From NCBI GenBank assembly GCA_053919585.1, contig CM132787.1: a stretch of DNA of 64,000 nucleotides; one strand, written 5' to 3'. This document shows, piece by piece, positions 1-11,750 of the stretch; the first letter of the stretch is position 1; every line of letters starts with the position of its first letter. Below the pieces are notes generated by a model. It ran no database searches. It worked only from the letters and a program-made list of their open reading frames with translations, and was not told the origin of the DNA. The position numbers and the translations under genes are program-made. Source of the DNA: Euprymna scolopes (lineage: Eukaryota).

Positions 1-949
1 TCATTTATTTTTTCAACGTGTTAAAATTTTCAATTCTGCACAACACCTGTTTCGTAGCGTAGAACAATCAAATAATTATTATGTAATTTTTTTAATATTG
101 TCCGCCTGATTCATCAGACGTATAAAATTATGGAAATCTGAAATAAAAATTCCAAAAAGCATTTCGATTGAGGTTTCTGATATTTACGCCATCTTTGATT
201 AGATTAACATAATAAATATATGAATGTGCTGTAAAGAATTGAACATTTTAAATGCTGAAAGGAATAAACGGAAAATGAATAACGTTTGGAATATAGGCTT
301 TTTTGTCATTTATTTTACATGCTTTATAATTATTTTTAACACGCATGGAGCTTCATAAACACAAGGATTTTTATAAATAAAGTGTGAAATAATATTAATT
401 AAGCATATTTTCTCCATCACTTTTTCATTTACGTAAAAATTGTAAAACTTACCGGAATTAATCAGCGTCATTATTTCGATTTATTTTATATTTCGCTTTT
501 CTTAATAATATTTGTTGTGGCGAAATAAATAATGAACACTCAATAAGTACAACAAGCACTTTCGATCATTTCTCGAATGATCTTCAAGTGACAAAAAACA
601 GCGGACAAATAGCAAGAAAGTTGTTATAAAAAACATTCATATGATGTCGTTTAACAACGTAACAGCAAACCGGGTTGGCCACAGAAGAATCAACAACAAA
701 TAATATTGTATTCGATCAAAAATTAATAAAGGGTTAAAATACAATATACACTACATGTAAAGCCTTCTCTTGGAACTCCCCATTTATAGATGGATTTTTC
801 TTATTAATGTATCACGTTGGTTTTCACATTTCATTTCTCTTCAGTTCCTTCTCGGCCGTTTCACGATAATGTTATTGCAGAGGAGTAATTATATTAGCTT
901 ACACTTGTTATAGGATCAGTTATCATAAAGAACGGACATTCCCAGCCAC

Positions 950-1017
950 TGGTGGAAAATAATGACGTTTTTTTTAAGTTATACTTCATGTAAAAAAACG
1001 ACATTATTTTTTCACCA
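950..1017. repeat. Imperfect inverted repeat (hairpin), ~27-bp arms, ~14-nt loop
   Basis: TGGTGGAAAATAATGACGTTTTTTTTA ... TAAAAAAACGACATTATTTTTTCACCA are near reverse complements. Confidence 0.7.
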
Positions 1018-2137
1018 ATCTAATATCTCAATCAATATTATTTGCCTAAAACAAACAAGAGTTGATCAATTCCAGAAGAACCCGCCAGACAGTTAAACAT
1101 TCTCTCCATCACCTGTCTGTCGTGACCACATGCTCTGTTCAGGAGGGCGGTGCTAAGTAGATACTCGACTTTGTCCTGGACAGCGTAGTGAAGGATGTTC
1201 CTTACTACTTCTGATAGTGAAAGTCATTTAACCCCGCCGCTCAATATAGCGCCTAGCATTCGCAAACGGCCATACATTTAATATTAGGCAGAATTATTGC
1301 GGCTTAAATTCGATGATTTGGCGAGAACCGGATTGTCAACAGGATCACACTTCCGATATGACCTTAAGATGAGTAGGTCGCTGTTTCCAGACTCCTAAGC
1401 TAAGGTTAAAAAATGTTTCTATCTAACTTTTGAACCTAATTTGTGCTAATTACCGCTAACTGTTTTCATATTACAGCTTTGATTTAAAAACTCATAAATA
1501 AATTTTACCTATCTGGTCTTGCTTTTTTTTTGTTCTGAAATCTTTGTCAAATATGCTACGAGATAGATAACGCCAAAAACATCCACCCATTAATATGGGA
1601 GGAGAGATTACCTTCGAAAGCGTCCTGAATTGATAATTGAGCACCGGACTTATACTAAGTAAATATTAATAAGGCCCTTACCCATTCCCCCTTTTTAAAA
1701 TGGAGAGTAGATAATACAGTGGCTGTGTTATCGGCAGCTCCAGTAACTCTCGCTTCTCCTTTTTTGTCCCTCAGTCCTCATTGAAATGAGTGATTTTTCT
1801 GACAAAGTGTGAAGAAAAAGCTGCTTTAAAGGTCGGTAGTACTTGGTGAACAGTAGTTTGAGAAGTCGGAAATTTTTCTGTCTATATGTCTATCTTTGTG
1901 GCCATGCCACTAGTAAGGGTGCTGGAGGTAAACGTTTCGTCTGGGTTGACGTTATCCGCCTAATAGTCAGGGACCCGAACATTGGATTAACCACTAAGGA
2001 GGCTGTCCTATCAGCAGGCGCAAAGTACTGGAACTGCTGTATTGCCATTTGGTGAATGGATTCTGGACCATGCAGTAGTCGCTGGTGGGGCCTCTTGATG
2101 CCATACTAGTAGGAAATTTTTACGGCTTTACATTTTC

Positions 2138-5100
2138 ATGTGCTACAAAAAAAATTCCTGTCTTTTTCTCTCTTCCTTTCCCTCTCTATCCTGCTCTACC
2201 CAAGTGTGCCGACCTGTTCCACAAATCACAAAACCTCAACATGAAACATCACAAGAAAAAAAAAACTCGAATAAACCTAAAACCCCATCTTCCAACGTAG
2301 ACCCCTACTACCAGGTCTCCTTCTCCAACATCAGGGGTCTACGTTCCAACATTCCAGAGGTTGACACACAATTACAGGAGGCGAAACCGGACATATTCTT
2401 TCTAAGCGAAACTGGAATAGGGCCGACCACTTCCTTAGATGAGTTCATAATTAACGGATACTCTAACTTAACAGCTAAATCTGACCCCCAAGATCGCCAT
2501 GGGCATGGAATATGTGCCTACATTAAAGATGACTTCCCATGTGGCAGGGATATCTCTAGAGAAGATCCTAATTTACCTTATATGTGCTTCCGGGTTGCAA
2601 TTGCTTACACCACTGCATTTATATTTGCCCTCTATCGGCCCCATAAAAGTTGAGTTACTATCTTTAAGAGCATATCCGAGAAAAAAGACCACATCCTGTC
2701 TGTACATCCCTCGGCTAACATCCACATCTGTGGTGACTTCAACATCCATAACATGGAATGACTGACCACCTCAAATAAGACGGACGATGAGGGGAGGTTA
2801 TGTCATGATTTTGCCATTGCTCATGACCTCACTCAGATTGTTTGCGAGTTCACCCGTGTGTCCGATACTACAGGTTAATATGCAAGCCTCCTACACCTTT
2901 TTCTCTCAACTTCCCCTGAGCTATGTTCATGTTCCGTTCTGTCTCATCTAGGATCCTCCGATCACTCCGTCGTATCAGTTAAGATAAAAATGAAATGTAA
3001 TAAGTCCCCAGACGTACATCTTCACCGTACTGTATACCGATACTCCATGTCTGACTGGGATAGCTTCCGTAGATTTATATCTGATCTACCTCTGCATTCC
3101 ATGTTTAAAAAGGATGTGCCCGCTATAGTATCAGACCTGACCGAATGGTTAATTGTAGGCATAGACCGATTCATACCATCTAAAAAATTCTAACAGAAAC
3201 CTAACAGCCAGCCATGGTTCTCTCCAGAATGTGCTGCTACCATCGCGCACAGAAATCACTTTTTCAATAGCTACCAACGTAATAGATGCACTGAGAATAA
3301 AGCTGCTTTCAGGAACGCCAGTAATCATTGTAAAAGAGTAATAAAAAATGCAAGAGAGCTATATGCCCAGTCTGTAAAATCCAAAGTAGCTGTTCAGTGG
3401 CTGGGTTCCCACCAGTTTTGGCAAATAACAAATAGGATCCTGAACAGAAGTGTGCAATCTATCCCAACCATTATAAATGGACCAGAGGTCATTTTGTCAC
3501 CTTCGGATAAGGCCAAGGTATTTGCAAAGAACTTTGCAGCTAATTCTACCCTATGCGACCAAGGCCATCAACTCCCCATATTTCCTCCTATCACACAGAA
3601 CACGCTAGGTAACATACACATATCTGTGCATGAGGTCGCCAAGAAAATCAAGAACCTTTATTCCAGTAAAGCAAGTGGCCCTGACGGTATCCCAATTGTA
3701 GTGTTAAAAAAGCTTCAATCAGAACTTGCCCCCATACTTACAAATCTGTTTAAGCGTTGCCTTAAGGGGGAGTGCTTTCCAACACCCTGGAAACCTTCAT
3801 CAGTATGCCATGTATTTAAGAACTCAGGTGATAAGTCATCTCTCTCTCAGTACAGACCAATAAGTCTCCTGTGTGCCATGAGTAAGTTGCTGGAATCCAT
3901 ATTAAATAGAGAAATAGTCAACCACCCCAGCAGAAATAACCTTCCTAGTGACACGCAATATGGTTTTTGTTCTGTAAGATCTACTGCAGATGTGCTAACG
4001 GTTATATCTCATCGGATTAGTGAATCTCTTGACAAAGGTGTCCTTTCTAGGACAATTGCTCTTGACATATCAAAGGCTTTCGACAAGGTATGGTATAAAG
4101 GTCTACTTCACAAGATTTCCAGCTACGATATACCTGGAAATGTTCTCTCTATCATTAAATCATTTCTCTCTGGTAGGCTCATAAGAGTAGTGGTTCATGG
4201 ACAAAAATCAGAGGCCTGCAGTATTAATGCTGGAGTCCCCCAGGGGTCCATCCTGGGCCCAACTCTCTTCCTGGTCTGCATCAATGATCTCCCTAAACAT
4301 ATACTTAAAACATTCGCTGACATCTATGCTGATGACACGACAATCTACGGACACCACATCAAAGGCTGTAAATGACAAAGTTCTCTCTGATTCTCTCTCC
4401 TCTTATCTCGAGCACGTGGTTCAGTGGGGGAAGACGTGGCTGGTTACCTTTAATGCATATAAAACAAAACTCCTATCTTTACATCATCAACGCTCTGTTC
4501 AATTGAAATGGATGGCTCTCGTCTAGGAGAAGCCCTATGTTTCGACAAGCTTCTGGGCTTGACCTTCACTTCTGATCTGAAATGGAACACGTACATCAAG
4601 CCTGTTGCCAAGGTCGCTGGAAAGATGGCGGGCTCCTTCTACGGCGCCAGAAGATATCTCACTACTGATGCAGTTCTTTATCTATATAAAAGCCAAGTAC
4701 GTCCAAGGATGGAATACTGCTGACATATCTGGGCAGGAGCTGCTAAAAACAGCCTATCCTGCCTTGACAGAGTACAAAATAAACTTCGTGGTTTAGTGGG
4801 GGATGCCCTTTTACCTTCCCTGCAAGATCTCTCCCATAGAAGAGACGTTGCGAGCCTATCTTTGTTTTATCGTTATTTCCATGGCAAGTGCTCGTTTGAA
4901 CTCCAATCTCTGGTAGCCCCTCGCCAATCTTTTACGAAAACACTCGTCTAGCTGAATCCACTGTCAAAAACTTTCCCTACTCTTTATCTATGCCTAAATC
5001 AAAACGTAGATTCCATGAACAAAGCTTCTTTCTTAGAACTTCACGCCTGTGGAACTCTGTTCCGTCCGCCTGCTTCCCACCTGACTACAACCTGGATGTC

Positions 5101-5250
5101 TTCAAGTCAAACGTAAACAAATTCCTGATGAACCGCCCCCTTAATTCGACACTTTATTAAATCTCCACACTAATGTAATGTACTTACAATAACTCTTATC
5201 CCTTAGTGACTTCCGGGCCTTTGTAAGTGTTGACCACCTTGTAAAAAAAT
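2138..5250 (+). mobile_element. Degenerate CR1/L2-group LINE (APE endonuclease + reverse transcriptase); 5' UTR may extend to ~1700
   Basis: APE motifs FSNIRGL, PDIFFLSET, GDFN-H and SDH; RT motifs GPDGIP, YRPISLL, LDISKAFDKV, GVPQGSILGP and YADD; C-terminal HRRDVASLSLFYRY and LWNS; ends in A-rich tail at ~5250; many stops and frameshifts. Confidence 0.92.
3452..4375 (+). pseudogene. LINE reverse transcriptase core (largest surviving ORF fragment)
   Basis: 307-aa ORF with the non-LTR RT motifs including IYADD; flanked by frameshifted fragments of the same ORF2. Confidence 0.9.
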
Positions 5251-5322
5251 ACCTATATCATGTAGACTAATTAACACAAAAATGACATAGAAATCCTAAC
5301 GTGCATCATTGTTTTCTTTATT

Positions 5323-6211
5323 TACGTTATGCCTTAAATATATTCCTATACTCTTTTGTACAGGCATTTAAAATTGTTGTAGACTCTTGAAAATTCACTA
5401 AGTAATTGCTATAATCTTATGAGATGACTGATCAATATTTATGATTTCAGAATTAAATGAACAGTTACAGCAGGAATCTGAAGATATTGGTGAATTTTAA
5501 ATACAATCTGGATGTGATGACACTTTGGAAGAACGATATACAATTAAAATCTGTTTTCAAATTTGGGGAAATGTCAGAGAAACGTATGGAATACTTTAGA
5601 CTGTTTTTGGAGCATCTTGCATGATTCAAGCATCAGTTTATGAGTGGCATAAGAGATTCAAAGAAAACATGGAGTCTTTGAGAAATGATTAGAGGTTATA
5701 GAAAAGTAAGGAAGTGCACACACCAGAGTTGATTGACCACATAAAAAATGTCAAGGATAAGGTCACCTGTCGCTCTATAAAGATAATAAATGCACAGTTT
5801 GATACTAGCATGGAAAGTGTACATACAATTATTTACCAAGAACGGAAGACGCGAAAGGTTTGCATAAAGTTTGTTCCACAGGTTCTCAGGGAAGATCACA
5901 AACTATTTGACAGTTCCCCACTCTCTTATATGCCAGCTCTTACTTCCTGTGACTTTTAATTAATGCCTAAGCCCAATGAAAACCTTAGATGCTATCGTTA
6001 TTAGACAATTAAGGAGTTTAAAAGCATGTGACGCCATTGACATGCTCACAGAAGACGGCCTCCATGCGGGCTTTCTAGAATTGTCGGAACGGTATAACAA
6101 GGGCATTGCAGCCGGAGGAGATTACTTCAAATGGGGCTATAGTTTTATATGTGTACTATAAATAAAAGTGCCCATTCAAAAAGTATGGAAAATTAATGAA
6201 GGCATGTTGTA
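5323..6211 (+). mobile_element. Internally deleted Tc1/mariner relic
   Basis: TA-bounded imperfect TIRs (TACGTTATGCCTTAAATATATTCC.. / ..GGAAAATTAATGAAGGCATGTTGTA); mariner-like peptide remnants (VYEWHKRFK, KVCIKFVPQVL, RYNKGIAAGGDYF); homologous to 50840-52403. Confidence 0.85.
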
Positions 6212-6699
6212 AAATATTGGAATAAAATTTGGAATTTCAATGCATACATTTCTTGAGAAGATAATAGCTGAACCCTTAGGGAATCCATACCATCAAATGA
6301 TGATCTGAGGAGATTCTCTCCAAACATTATATAATAGAAAGCGTGTATTTCACGCTACTCCTTCTATTTCCTCTTAAGTGTGTTTAAAAGTGTAATATAA
6401 ATAATGTTTACTTATATAAAAATATAGTCAAGAATATAAGAGATAAGGACAAGACACATTCAAAAACACCTGTTGCGCTAGCATTGCGCATTCGACATCA
6501 TAAATTAATAACAACAAATTCCGAGTTCATTTCTGTAAAACCATAGACTTTATTTGAAGCAAGAAAATAATATTATACTTTCTTTATGCAGACAATATTT
6601 ATTATTGAAAATGTATATAGCAATGTGTGCGAAGTTTACATGTGCATATGTAGATCTCTACGATCATATGTGCACTGAGATTAACATATTTTGTTTAAG

Positions 6700-7690
6700 C
6701 CACGTTGTCCTCGATGGTTGTACATCAACGCAATATGATATAAATGCAGATGTGCTACAGGGGTCAATTCCTGAGCCTTTATTAGTCCTGATATCCGTAA
6801 ATGACCTCCATAATAACATTTTCTCGGAAATTGGAAATATTTGCTGATGACACCACACCCTATAACTGACACGAGAGTAAAATTAATGAATACATACATA
6901 AATAAATGTCAAAACATTCTTAAAGAATACTTCACCTCTGTAGTGAAATAAGTTTAACGCTGCCAAGACCAAGCTTATTTCCTTAAATATTTACAAGAAA
7001 CCTTTGTCAACCACTGATTGCCGTCGCTAATGGTACATTGCCTGAAAGTTCTTCTCTCAAGCTCCTAGGATTAACGTTAACAGACAACGTGAATTATAAT
7101 AAATATATTGAGTAATTGCGAAGGTTGGTGCGCGAAAAGATGGCTTTCTCTACAGTGTTTACAACTTACTTACACTTGAGAATAGCCTGTATTTCTACAA
7201 GGTAACAGTCCGCCCATTCATAGAGTATAGTTGCCACATCTAGGCCGGTACATCTATTACTAGGCTTTCGCTCCTGAACAAGGTTCATAAAAGAGTCGCC
7301 AACCTAATAAGTTCGGAACTATTAAATACACTCCGATATCTGTCATATCATCTTGACGTGGCACCATTGTTTATCAAGTATTTCAATGACAAGTTCTCTG
7401 AAATCCGAGATCTATTGCTCCTACTACGACAACATCTTCGACAAACCCAACAAACAGTAAAACCCCTACGCTACGTTGAAGAAATTCGTAGATGCTGTAA
7501 AATCTTCAACTCGAATAGCTTCTTCCCTCGGACTTTTTCGCTATGCAGAATTTCAAGTGTAATGTGGAGAGACATATCGCTGCTCAACTCCATAAATCTT
7601 ATCCCTGCAAATCTAATCCCAAATAGTAGCTCTTTACGACTAAGTGGTCCTGTATCTTGTTCGCGTGAAACGTCAAAACAAAATATAAAG
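6700..7690 (+). mobile_element. 5'-truncated, old LINE RT fragment, same family as 46678-47804
   Basis: VVLDG..QYDINADVLQGSIPEPLL matches the RT at 46738 onward at DNA level; SFFPRT C-terminal motif. Confidence 0.8.
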
Positions 7691-9164
7691 TGTAGTTACA
7701 AAGATAATTTCGGAATTGTAAAGTTTGTTTGTTCAGTATTTTTTCTAAGTTTGGCTTGCCTTTGTAAGGCTATATTAGTACACCAGCAATTCATTTTATT
7801 CCAGAGTGTGTTTTCGTGTGTAATAAGACTTGGAGCGTGTTGGACACGCCCCTCCTGTTTCGTGCCACAGAGAAAAGAAAAAGTAAGAAAGATAGGAAAG
7901 GAAGTTGATATCGCCACATATGGGCTGAAACAATCCACTGCTGAAAATAAGGGGCGGTAACTGTATATGTCTCAAACTAAAAGTTGCGTGCATTGTGTTC
8001 ATGTGTTCACTATGCTCGAAACTACAGACTGATTTTTCAACTTAATGATGTGTAAATGTATTTACGCAACATTATACACTCTGTAGATGTATGTATTGTT
8101 CAGATCAATTCATACTAAAAAATGTTGAGGTATCATTCAATTACCATTATAGCTTTAGATATAAATCTATGATGAAAATTAAAACACTGTAATCTAGAAC
8201 TGATTATTGTGTTTGACCAAATGTGTTTTTCGCCTGTATGCGTATTTATGGCATTACATATTGTGTTAGCTTAAGGTTGTTACTACATAGGTGGTTAGAG
8301 TTAAAAGTGGTACATTGACATTGCTTGAAAATTATCTTTCGATGTGCAAAAGACCTGCACAATTTACTAGTGCGAGTTACATATGAAGAACAATTTAAGT
8401 ATGTTTGTCATATCAATTCCTTAGGTATTTTTATTTGCCCTTTCATTTAAAAGAATTCTGATTTTCAATTCCGAATTCAACCATTATTTTAATTATCCTT
8501 TCTATACACTTTTTTTTTGTATCCTTTATTCAAATAATTTCTATACAATATTGTAAACCATAGTTAAGATATGTAGTGACATAATTATTACGATGAACAA
8601 GAGTCGAGATTATATTGAAAGGCATTTACATTTTTCTAGTCTGGTAGGCTTGTTGGTATGGTTATGTAGACCCCTGTTGGTATGGTTCATGTATAATGTG
8701 AGAATATTGAGCCATGATCTTTCACTTCAAGCAAATTTTAACATGTTAGCATTATAGAAAACGTTATTTATATATGGATATGTACTGACTCAGTTATTAG
8801 AGAATTAAATGTTTTAAAACAGTTAACTGTAGTCGAAATCTACATAAACACTTATTGTTGGCAGAATATTAATATTAAAGCACTCATTTTGAAAGCAACA
8901 GATATTTTGAAACAGTTAGTCCATTCTAAAATCGCTCGCTTTTAATAGTAAATTCAAGAACACCACAGAAAACTGAGCAATTCTTTATTCTATGCTACCA
9001 TCATTCAAGGAATCATATTGTGTGACGCTGTCACAATTTGAATGCAAAGTATTTTTTTCTAAAACATATATCTGATTTGCTTTTGTTCCTATTGTTGTTT
9101 AAAGTTAGCAGAAGGAAAGGAGAAAAAGAAAAGGGAAAACAGATCAAACGAACATAGGTCTTAC

Positions 9165-9300
9165 CGCGTGTGTGTAGGGCGAAGTTGGGCGAAAGAGAGA
9201 GAGAGAGAGAGAGAAATCAAGATGGTGCCAACAGTTTTAAAAGGTGTGCTCTGGTGGAAGTCACACGAAATCACACGGGAGACATATATAAAAGGGGTTG
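9165..9300. promoter_or_regulatory. Candidate (bidirectional) promoter with a minus-strand non-coding first exon ending at a GTAAG donor
   Basis: Minus strand reads ...CACACACGCG|GTAAGAC (donor GT at 9164-9163); YY1-like AAGATGG at ~9219; (GA)n tract; TCACACG twice at 10-bp spacing; plus-strand TATATAAAAG at 9285-9294; lies in non-repetitive DNA. Confidence 0.35.
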
Positions 9301-11454
9301 ACAGGTTAGATCGGGAAAAAGGCAGACAAACGAAGTTTGGTGACAGTGGTGATCTCAAACTCGGCGGTTGTTGACTTCCAAAGACGAATGGTTTTTTTTT
9401 CTTTAATTTTGTTGTCCTAAACCAGGAACACTTCACCTATTCATCTAAACTCATGTTAATATTTTTTTACGTTTTGAAATCGAATTTTCATTAGTGTTAT
9501 GACATGTTTCCAAAGTGCTATTGCATTGGATATTCCTGAACACAAAATCTATAACTGCACTATTTCATTAAGAAAAAGATGAGTCTGTGTTCATTCAAAT
9601 ATTTACAGGGTTTTCTCTAAACTGGAACACTTTAAGGTATTTTGATTTCTAGCAAGCCTAATGTTTTCTATTGATGAATTTAAATATATAAAATGGGATT
9701 AGTTGTCAATTAAAATCAGTCGAAATAAATAACACCCCGTTAAGATATTATTAAAGTCTTTTTTTTCTTTTCATATAGGATGATGTTTTCCTCGTAGAAA
9801 CCTACAATGTGCAGATTATAATTGCATTCTATTAAAAATCTTATGATATGAATACATTTTGTTATTTAACTCTGTTTTACTAGTACAATATTTATATGAA
9901 AAGTTGTACAAAAACATTTGACTGTGTTTATTATGTTTTTTTTTTCATTGAATCCATGTTTGTATTCCTGGCTTCGGTACCTTTGTTATAGAATGTTTAT
10001 ATGCTATAATATAGACAATTGCATTTTTCTCGTCTTCATGGACTAATGAGTTCCTTTACATTTTTAATAGTACGTATCTTTTAAGAATATTCACACATAA
10101 TTACATTAGTTATCCTTTTTGTTGGACATTCGGTTTCGTAATATAACATATTAAAGGTTATTGTACAAGGGCGTCACAATATATAGAAGCCGGAAGGTCC
10201 AATTAGGATATAATTTAACGCTTGAAGAAATGTTAAATTTCTTATATTATAACAGTTCTTCATTTTGCTCTTGTTAACCCCCAATATTGTCATTGGATGT
10301 AAAAGAGCCATAACCTTGCATAATGTATACAGGGATCTATATAAGTAGATGAGTGGAAATTTATGTTATTCTTACATTTAAATTACTCTAGATTAGCAGA
10401 AACAAACAAACAAAAAAACAAGTAATAGGAATGGAATTTCGAAGTACATGTGTGAAAGAGAAGAAGTTTATTGAATATTAGACAGTTCTACATCGAGGGA
10501 TTTCTGCATCGAAGCAGTGATATTTTTCAACTTTTAAATCTATGCGGAGTATGTAAGTTGGGGATTTAGAAGACTAATCAGTTAATCACCGCAAATTCCA
10601 TTAAAATTCTTGTAAAACAGTCAGAATCATGGGATACTGAGGCGATAAAACAGCAATTGAAGCTCGCTTTCTAATGCTAGCCTCATTTGATTGAATACTT
10701 TTTTAAAGTCTGTCTAATGTGAAGTGAATAGTAGCGAATGTACAAGCCATGATATGGCAACAACTCTTCATGCATTTATGAATGGTAACCGTGCAGTAAT
10801 ACATAATTTTATTCTAGGTGTGAGTAATTTATTGCATGATGAAGGCGATTCACATTTTTGCAGCATCTTTTGCAATGTATGTGTTCATATTTTCCGTGGA
10901 TGATAAACCGGGGAGTTTAGATAATGAACTCTCATGTAAAGTATTAGACATGAATCTCAGTGGTTGAGACGAGTTCTTGTAATGGTTAAATTAAGGAAAC
11001 TTTGTTAAAGTAGAATTAAATGTAACCATCTGTTTACAACCACTTTCAACTAGGAACTGGATGTTGCTTACTTAAGTTTCTGTCTTAAATACGTGTGCAT
11101 ACGTTTTTCATTCATGTCTTTTCTAGAGCGTTTTGCTTATACTTTTCTTTTAAATGGGTAATTTATATTTAAACAGCGTATTTGTATAATGCATAAATGT
11201 TTTATTATTTTAATAAATATACAGTTTTTGTATTTAATTTATTAATTTCATAAGCTGATTCAACAACTTGCGTTTGGAAATGAAGTACAATAAACACACT
11301 TCTGACGGTTTCTTTATAAAAACTACTTAATACTATCTAGACAAAGATTACAATGATTTTTTCATTCGGTTTATCTTATTTGTAAACTTTTGTGGATTTT
11401 TACTTGTTTTCTTAGATATAAAATTTGCATACAGATTATTCAATTCATTAAAAA

Positions 11455-11750
11455 AAGTGACATTCTAAGTTTGAAGGTTCAATCCTCAGTGTGAGAGACT
11501 GAAAATACAATTGCCAATTACTTAGGTCCTCTATCTACCCATGGCTGACGGAATAAGTGCATTCTGCAACCGTGAAGTAAATAAAGGGCTCCGCTCGAAA
11601 TTCTGTCCGAATTCCTGCTTTCGAGAAAAACAGTCAGAGTTCGACAAGATAGACCTGAAGAAGGTCGGAGGTTATATCGACCTAAATGTTGTGAAATTCA
11701 AAAACAATACAAATAACTAATCCTCATCTTAAAAATTCAGAAACCTTTCG
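11455..11750 (+). mobile_element. Degenerate SINE-like element with Pol III B box and a 3' hammerhead-like motif
   Basis: GGTTCAATCC (B box) at 11476-11485; CTGAAGA-A-GGTCG..CGACC-(T)AAA-TGTT-GT at 11651-11692 is a Penelope-type hammerhead layout with GAAA mutated to TAAA. Confidence 0.5.

Noticed and set aside
1-737. piggyBac-like right end (AGGG-TTAA at 730-737)
   Set aside because: Only a short terminal motif; no partner TIR or transposase in the window.
7358-7960. 200-aa ORF as a host gene
   Set aside because: The N-terminal half is decayed LINE C-terminus (SFFPRT); the remainder has no recognisable protein character.
9499-9582. Antizyme-like TCC-TGA +1 frameshift site after a short ORF
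   Set aside because: No long +1 ORF or antizyme similarity follows.
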